From positions 1 through 52,966 of IMG/VR virus record IMGVR_UViG_3300025012_001675: a stretch of DNA of 52,966 nucleotides. One strand, given 5' to 3'. Position numbers and translations under genes: made by a program. Below the pieces are notes generated by a model. It worked only from the letters and a program-made list of their open reading frames with translations, was not told the DNA's origin and did no database searches. Every line of letters starts with the position of its first letter. The first letter of the stretch is position 1. Shown here piece by piece: positions 47,526 through 52,966 of this stretch. The stretch comes from a virus. Lineage: Duplodnaviria > Caudoviricetes.

Positions 47526-47807
47526 TTAGGCCGAGGCCGACTCCGATCCCGCATTGCGGGGCAGATCCGGGACATTGAGCCGAACACTGACACGAGCTTT
47601 GCTTCTGCGGCCGACGAGGTTCATGACCGAGCGGATCGCTTTAATTGCGCGTCCCTCTTTGCCGATCACGATTCCCGCATCGCCCTCGTCAAGCTTCGCC
47701 GAGAGGAGCACGCCCATCTCGTCTACGTGCCTTGTCACTTCCACCTGTTCAGGGTGGTTGACTATTGCCCGTAGAATCGTTTCAAGTAGATTCTGATCTT
47801 GTTCCAT
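47526..47807 (-). CDS. khpA: KH-domain RNA-binding protein (KhpA family)
   Basis: AIVNHPEQV...DAGIVIGKEGRAIKAIRSV with GxxG loop. Confidence 0.85.
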   Translation of the reverse strand: MEQDQNLLETILRAIVNHPEQVEVTRHVDEMGVLLSAKLDEGDAGIVIGKEGRAIKAIRSVMNLVGRRSKARVSVRLNVPDLPRNAGSESASA

Positions 47808-47811
47808 AGCT

Positions 47812-48840
47812 TTAATTTTTCTTTATAATTTCTTTATCTTTTCTTGACCGCCTGTCGACCTCAGACGGAATCTTTGCAGCCAGAACGCCGTTGGGGTTTC
47901 CCCCTAACGCACGCCCCAGCCGCTTATTTGCGATAGCCACATATGCCGGGTTGAGATCTATGCCAACGAAACTCCGGCCCAGCGAACACGCAACCACCGC
48001 AGTCGTGCCACTCCCGATAAAGGGATCGAGCACGATTCCTCCTTCCGGACAACCAGCCCTTATTGGAATTTCCACAAGTGATGGCGGAAAGGTGGCGAAG
48101 TGAGAATCTTTCTGCGGCCTAGTGTTGATTGACCAGACGCACCGTTTATTGCGTCCGGAAATATTCGGCCTCATGTTTCTGTTTCGGTAATTTTTTTGAC
48201 CAGTGCCCTCATCCCACTTGCTCTTTCCAGTGGCATCCAGCCGTGTTCCGCTCCAGCGATTAAGTGGTTTGGTATAGGGGTCGTATTGTTTTTCGAAGCT
48301 GTAGGTGCGCGATTTCACGAAGAAAAAAAGCTTTTCAAAATCAACGGTAAATCTGTCTTTGACCGATTGCGGCATGGCGTTCGGTTTGTGCCATATGATT
48401 TCGTTCCGGAGAATCCAGCCTCGATCACACATTGCTATTGCAAAGCGAGCCGGTATCTGCAGGAGACACTTCTCCATTCCTTTCACCCCGGCTTTGCCTT
48501 TTTCCTGCCAGCCGCAGTTGTAATGCGTGCCGCGGTTTGTGGCTTGCTTGCCGGTTCGCACACCGGACCCGCTCCCCGTACCGTAGGTATCGCCCATGTT
48601 TATCCAGCACGTTCCGGCAGGCTTGAGCACTCGCTTCGCCTCATCGAAGATTTCACAAAGTTTTTCGATGTATTGTTGAAATGTAGTCTCCAGTCCGATC
48701 TGCCGGTCGACGCGATAATCACGCAACGCCCAATATGGCGGCGAGGTCATCACGCAATCGATGCTTTCGCTCGGCAGTCTGCGAAGAGTTTCTTTTGCAT
48801 CGCCGAGCAGTATTTGATTTTTGTATTGCTCGACTTTCAT
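47812..48840 (-). CDS. N4/N6 site-specific DNA methyltransferase
   Basis: TSPPYW, IIWHKPN, HFATFP, LDPFIGSGTT; start MKVEQ. Confidence 0.9.
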   Translation of the reverse strand: MKVEQYKNQILLGDAKETLRRLPSESIDCVMTSPPYWALRDYRVDRQIGLETTFQQYIEKLCEIFDEAKRVLKPAGTCWINMGDTYGTGSGSGVRTGKQATNRGTHYNCGWQEKGKAGVKGMEKCLLQIPARFAIAMCDRGWILRNEIIWHKPNAMPQSVKDRFTVDFEKLFFFVKSRTYSFEKQYDPYTKPLNRWSGTRLDATGKSKWDEGTGQKNYRNRNMRPNISGRNKRCVWSINTRPQKDSHFATFPPSLVEIPIRAGCPEGGIVLDPFIGSGTTAVVACSLGRSFVGIDLNPAYVAIANKRLGRALGGNPNGVLAAKIPSEVDRRSRKDKEIIKKN

Positions 48841-49802
48841 AAGCTGTGTGTTGGTGATCGGAAATCCTGTGTCATTGCGAATGATTCTTTGAGTTTCTTC
48901 AGCGCCTCGACCATTGCCTGCGCTTCTCCACGGACTTCCTCCGGTTCGCGTCGGCTGTACTGCAGCGCGATTCGCTCTAGCGTGTTGTAGAATCCGTACT
49001 CTTTGAGGCTCGCCTGAATAAAATCGTCGATGACCTCTTTGCATAAAGCCGCACCGATTGTCGGTTTCATCTCTCGCTTGTTTTGCAAAAACCACACGAT
49101 CTCCAGCTCAAGTTGAAATTCAGTGAGATGGCGGAGGGCGTGTTTGAGCAGATTGCCGTCTTTGAACTTCACGAAGATCGGCCTGGTATGCCGAATACCC
49201 CAGGTGAGCTGAGAGAATTTCCCGAAGAAGTAGCGTGTTGGCAGGATTGGTTTATCCACAGGCTTATCCACATCCTTTTTAAATTCTTGAATCAAGCTCG
49301 CTTGTCCGAAGGACTTATCTTTTGTAAAACCGGTTTCTTTTGTAGCCCGAAAATTCTTCGCACGAAGATTTTTCGGGGGAGGTGAAAAGTTTGAGGTTTT
49401 TCCCGCCCCCGAACTTACTTCGGGGGTAGGTTGCTGGGGCCGTTTAAGACTCAGGCGGTAGAAGATTTTTCCTCCGCACTTCATGCGCTTCTGCGGCGAG
49501 TCTAGGAGTACGCCCGCTTCGTCGTGGGCCTGGATAATTCTCAGCTCGTCTACCAATCGCTTGAGTGAGTTTTGAATAGCGCGATCACTGCGGTTTATTT
49601 TCTTCATCAGCTGACCCTGACTGATCCAATCTTTCTCTTTGCGGCGTTTTGTCTCCGGGTCTTCAATCCAGCCCAACGTCTGGTCCGCAACGACAAGAAG
49701 AATCCTCAGCTCTACATCGCTCAGAAGTGGCATCCACTCCCGAATAATGAGGTGCGGGATTTGAGTCGAGTTTGGAATTATTGAGGTTATTTCGTTTTCC
49801 AT
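48837..49802 (-). CDS. Phage replication initiator (N-terminal wHTH, O-like)
   Basis: PNSTQIP...LSDVELRILL...TLGW...DWISQGQL pattern. Confidence 0.7.
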   Translation of the reverse strand: MENEITSIIPNSTQIPHLIIREWMPLLSDVELRILLVVADQTLGWIEDPETKRRKEKDWISQGQLMKKINRSDRAIQNSLKRLVDELRIIQAHDEAGVLLDSPQKRMKCGGKIFYRLSLKRPQQPTPEVSSGAGKTSNFSPPPKNLRAKNFRATKETGFTKDKSFGQASLIQEFKKDVDKPVDKPILPTRYFFGKFSQLTWGIRHTRPIFVKFKDGNLLKHALRHLTEFQLELEIVWFLQNKREMKPTIGAALCKEVIDDFIQASLKEYGFYNTLERIALQYSRREPEEVRGEAQAMVEALKKLKESFAMTQDFRSPTHSL

Positions 49803-49880
49803 GTTTTTGTTTGACGAAAGGGAAACAGCTCCCCGATTTCTGGCCTGACGCTCTCGCGGTCAGGACAGAATCGAGAGCCG

Positions 49881-50156
49881 TTAGAAGTAAATCGGGAAGT
49901 GAATTCGGATATCTTCCTCTGCTTCCTCTTGCTGGTGTAGGTCGTCCGGGTCAGGGTTGACTCGGCCGGTTCCACTGCAATGACTGCATGGCTTGCTGGC
50001 TTTTATGTCGCCTCGTTCCATTGCTGTAGGAATTTCTCCTACGCCGTCGCATTCTTCGCAGTCACGCTTGTCTCCGGCGAGGATATACTCCCGGATTTTT
50101 GCTTCCCTTAGTTCTTCCGGAAGCTCATTCCATTCGAGATTGAATGCGTATTTCAT
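49881..50156 (-). CDS. DnaJ-type zinc-finger protein
   Basis: CEECDGVG and CSHCSGTG (CxxCxGxG) repeats. Confidence 0.65.
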   Translation of the reverse strand: MKYAFNLEWNELPEELREAKIREYILAGDKRDCEECDGVGEIPTAMERGDIKASKPCSHCSGTGRVNPDPDDLHQQEEAEEDIRIHFPIYF

Positions 50157-50158
50157 GG

Positions 50159-50533
50159 TTAGTAGTTGGCGACGATTGTGCATGGCTCTCCGGTTTCTTT
50201 CTCTTTCCGTTCGCAGAGATCCACGAAGTCCACAAAGCTTTGCTTCACTTTGTCGATTTTCTTTTGATCCGTTTGCTTATAAATCGTGCGCTCTCGTTGT
50301 TCGACCACTTCGAGAGTTCTCGGCAATCGTTCGCGTAGAAGCTTTGCCGGAATTTTTGCTTCGTTATTTTTCCCAAAGGCTTCGCGGCACAGGTATCGCG
50401 TTGCGAAGTGCTCTCCCCGGTACGCTTCACGCAAGTACCCGACATTGCCGTGCTCCACTGAGAAGCCAGTGATCTGCTTTTTCTTTTGCTTTGGCGTCTG
50501 GTTTTTCCAGCGCGCGTAGATGTCTATTCCCAT
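50159..50533 (-). CDS. Hypothetical protein
   Basis: MGIDIY...GYLREAY; in early operon. Confidence 0.55.
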   Translation of the reverse strand: MGIDIYARWKNQTPKQKKKQITGFSVEHGNVGYLREAYRGEHFATRYLCREAFGKNNEAKIPAKLLRERLPRTLEVVEQRERTIYKQTDQKKIDKVKQSFVDFVDLCERKEKETGEPCTIVANY

Positions 50534-50616
50534 AAGATGTTTGATCCTTTGTCGGCTTCCGATCTCTGACCTCACGCTTCCGCGATGAGGGCAGAGTCGG
50601 AAGCTAACGCCGGTGG

Positions 50617-51867
50617 TTACTTTTTCTTAGTTCCTTTCTTTGCTGGGACCGGAGCGGGTTTCGACTTTTCTTCGGTGTGAGAGTGCCCATTCCCATTTCC
50701 GTTTCCATTTCCGTTGCCATTAGGAGGTAGCTTTGAGACTAGGCGTTTGCGCCCATCCGGGAGTTCTACAATTTCCGCGATGCCCATCGACACGGCTTCG
50801 AGGCCCAGCTTCTTGTAGCCTTCGGCGAGGCGTTCGGGCCGGAGCTCTCCGATCGCTGTCATTGAGGTCGTTCCGAATACTCGATCCAGTAGGTCGAGTT
50901 TCATCTGCTTGTCTCGACCGACCGCGCCGGGTGCGATGCGGATAAGGAGACCGTCCAGTTCCTCTATCCATTTGTCGCGCTCTCTGCGCCATTCGGCTTT
51001 TTCCTCCTCGGTTCGGAAGAGCAGTCCGGTGTCTGATTCAGGCATGACTACCGTGTCTCTCGGAATTGGATCGGTGAGCAGGGCTTCTACTATCGGCGCA
51101 AAGTTCTCATAGGTCGGGTTTTTATAAGTCCGGCCGTCGAGCAGGGTGCTTCGGTCTTTGATGATCGTGGCTTCGCGCCAGACCTTCTTGTCGTCTCCGA
51201 GCACTTCTTCGAAGCGTTCCATGAGGACGAGCATGTCCGGCTCGTAAGCGGTTTCGCCTTCGACCTTCATCTTGATTCCGGACTTGAAGATTTCGCGTTT
51301 GCCGGTGTCGGCGTTCTTTTCGTTGTCGTACTCGTACCCAGCGCGGCCGGTGAAGATCGCGTGGTACCCGTCACTCACGAATGGGTCGGAGAATTCTCGC
51401 TTCCATGTCGGCTTGATGATTCCCCAGTCCTGGAATTCCAGGCGTGTCCGGTGAACTTTTTCTGCGTAGGATTGGAGGAACCCCTCCCATACGTGCGAGA
51501 TTGAATCGATGAGAAGGATGTCCGATATTCCGGATCGCATCTTTTCCATCGTCTGCCGTAGGTCGGCCAGTGACTTCGATTCGCGGACGAGCACTTCGAT
51601 TCCGGCTTCCGCGAAAAGCGGCTTGAGGAATTTTGATGCTTGTTCGGTGTCGAAGATTACGATCGGTTTTTTCGAACCTATCCGCTTGTGCAGTCCGACC
51701 GCGACCTGCGCTGCGGTGAATGTTTTGCCGCTACCCGCGAAGCCTTGGAAGGCCGCTTTGAAGTAGGGCTTGGTGTTGCCGATCGGCGCGAAGAAGCTAT
51801 CTGTCATTTCCTTCGCCGTTTCTCTCGGCCGCACCCTCGTTGCTGTTGGTTGTGCTTGGTTGTTCAT
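50617..51867 (-). CDS. AAA ATPase (AAA_24/Sak4-like recombination protein)
   Basis: GFAGSGKT Walker A, IFDTE, LIDSISHVW, YEPD. Confidence 0.8.
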   Translation of the reverse strand: MNNQAQPTATRVRPRETAKEMTDSFFAPIGNTKPYFKAAFQGFAGSGKTFTAAQVAVGLHKRIGSKKPIVIFDTEQASKFLKPLFAEAGIEVLVRESKSLADLRQTMEKMRSGISDILLIDSISHVWEGFLQSYAEKVHRTRLEFQDWGIIKPTWKREFSDPFVSDGYHAIFTGRAGYEYDNEKNADTGKREIFKSGIKMKVEGETAYEPDMLVLMERFEEVLGDDKKVWREATIIKDRSTLLDGRTYKNPTYENFAPIVEALLTDPIPRDTVVMPESDTGLLFRTEEEKAEWRRERDKWIEELDGLLIRIAPGAVGRDKQMKLDLLDRVFGTTSMTAIGELRPERLAEGYKKLGLEAVSMGIAEIVELPDGRKRLVSKLPPNGNGNGNGNGNGHSHTEEKSKPAPVPAKKGTKKK

Positions 51868-52120
51868 AATTGTTATTTGACTTGCCCGAAGGTGGATTGA
51901 TATAATTAATTTGCTGATCATCTCCCTTCGGGGAGATTTTCTTTTTCTGAGCGGCCCGGTTCGACTTCCGGAGCCGTATTTCTTTGTCCAGGAACTCCAC
52001 ATCGATGCGGTCACCTATCTTCAATTTGTAGCGATCCGTAAGCCATTTCCCTTCAAGGATCACTGCTGGAGTTCCGTATCTGCGGTAGGTGACTGCGCGG
52101 GTCGGTTTGAGATCTCTCAT
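51797..52120 (-). CDS. SymE/AbrB-fold small protein
   Basis: PAVILEGKWL...LKIGDRIDVEF...IRL resembles the SymE core; start at the ATG at 52120. Confidence 0.5.
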   Translation of the reverse strand: MRDLKPTRAVTYRRYGTPAVILEGKWLTDRYKLKIGDRIDVEFLDKEIRLRKSNRAAQKKKISPKGDDQQINYINPPSGKSNNNYEQPSTTNSNEGAAERNGEGNDR

Positions 52121-52359
52121 GTGAAGAGTCTCAACACCATATCCGCTTGTGCCCGCCAGAAAGGACTCCAGTGTCCGGTCTGGCCCTCCACCATAATTTG
52201 GGCGAGCGATGCGAAGAGGATTAGCATGTCGAGGGTCACCAGGAAGGCGATGGCTTCGGATGCTATGGTGAAAGTTTTCTTCGCTTGCTCGTAAGTGATT
52301 GCGTTCATACGTTTTGTCGCTTGTCGGGGTCGTTGATGTAGCTCCGTTTGTTGTCGCAT
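52117..52359 (-). CDS. Small membrane protein
   Basis: One hydrophobic helix; ATGA-coupled to the next gene. Confidence 0.45.
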   Translation of the reverse strand: MRQQTELHQRPRQATKRMNAITYEQAKKTFTIASEAIAFLVTLDMLILFASLAQIMVEGQTGHWSPFWRAQADMVLRLFT

Positions 52360-52405
52360 CCAAGTCTCTGACTAGACTTCGATTAGGCTACCCATCGACC
52401 CGTGG

Positions 52406-52666
52406 TCATTTGAGTTCTTTCTTGATCTCACCGAGCAGGGCGTCGTTGATCTGATCGAAGGCGTAGCCCATGAGCTCCGATTCGATTTCTGATCCTTCAT
52501 CCATGAAGTCCGTCGTCAGCTTTCCAGTCAGGTTGCCGACCTCATCGGCGATATCGTCTTCGAGGTCTTTAGCCAAACTTTCGGCGACGGCCCGGATGCG
52601 CTCCCGCATGACCTTTCCGCGAACTTCTTCGCATATGTTTTTCTTCACTTGTGTGATGTTTTTCAT
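52406..52666 (-). CDS. Hypothetical acidic protein
   Basis: Start MKNITQ; first gene inside the right end. Confidence 0.5.
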   Translation of the reverse strand: MKNITQVKKNICEEVRGKVMRERIRAVAESLAKDLEDDIADEVGNLTGKLTTDFMDEGSEIESELMGYAFDQINDALLGEIKKELK

Positions 52667-52769
52667 ACTCGGTGTTGTGTCAACTTTTGTAAGCTTGCGG
52701 ACTCTGGTGCCGCGTACCTCGACCTTCGACGAGCAGTATTTATTTTTTCGAGATCGGGATTTTGGCATA

Positions 52770-52802
52770 GAAAAACCCCGTGCTCATCGCACGGGGTTTT
52801 TC
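52770..52802 (-). terminator. Terminator just inside the right prophage end
   Basis: GAAAAACCCCGTGC-TCATC-GCACGGGGTTTTTC. Confidence 0.75.
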
Positions 52803-52848
52803 CCTTTATCCGCAGTTTGCGGACGGAAACGGCTCTATTTGTCAGCTC

Positions 52849-52878
52849 CTACTTCCCATGACACTTCTTGTATTTCTT
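52849..52878. other. Right prophage junction (att site; SEC-C-end copy 4)
   Basis: Minus strand AAGAAATACAAGAAGTGTCATGGGAAGTAG (KKYKKCHGK*); shares AAGAAAT and AAGTGTCATGG with the left junction. Confidence 0.8.
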
Positions 52879-52966
52879 GCCACTACCGCAAAGACATGGA
52901 TCGTTGCGACCAACTTCTGAAATAAATCCTATATTTCTTCCTAGCTTTGGAATAACTATTAAATCG
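52849..52966 (-). CDS. 3' end of a SEC-C motif protein (integration target)
   Basis: Manual translation ...[24 protein letters not shown]. Confidence 0.88.
   Translation of the reverse strand, partial: DLIVIPKLGRNIGFISEVGRNDPCLCGSGKKYKKCHGK

Larger units (their letters stand above)
3059..52878 (-). mobile_element. Integrated prophage (podovirus-like, ~49.8 kb)
   Basis: Integrase at one end; lysis, capsid, portal, terminase and replication genes; direct repeats at both junctions; flanks visibly more AT-rich. Confidence 0.9.

Noticed and set aside
50686-50721. (Asn-Gly)n repeat in the AAA ATPase tail as a contingency locus
   Set aside because: Codons are mixed, so it is a low-complexity linker, not a pure slippage tract.
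52849-52966. Calling the target gene secA
   Set aside because: Only the SEC-C motif is visible and the preceding residues are not recognisably SecA; many proteins end in SEC-C.

Overview
Most of the window (about 3059-52878, ~49.8 kb) is an apparently complete temperate, podovirus-like prophage in a bacterial chromosome. Gene content and intergenic style suggest a Patescibacteria/CPR host, which is an inference. It carries a tyrosine integrase, lysis genes, virion genes, portal, terminase, methylases and replication/recombination genes, almost all on the minus strand. It is inserted in the last codons of a SEC-C-motif gene, and its left flank holds two promoterless single-gene units bounded by degenerate copies of the same SEC-C-end site, an integron-like accretion pattern. 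A ~20 kb accessory block splits terminase from portal. That block contains (i) a complete diversity-generating retroelement with unusual strand geometry, flanked by two copies of a structured ~108-nt element, (ii) a Dcm/HaeII-like/Vsr/GHKL-kinase/receiver restriction island plus Fic, (iii) a candidate ComQX-like prenylated-peptide signalling cassette (OmpR regulator, unannotated 37-aa Trp peptide, membrane kinase, isoprenoid-synthase-fold enzyme), and (iv) mltG and secreted proteins. All calls come from reading the sequence and recognising motifs; no database searches were run.
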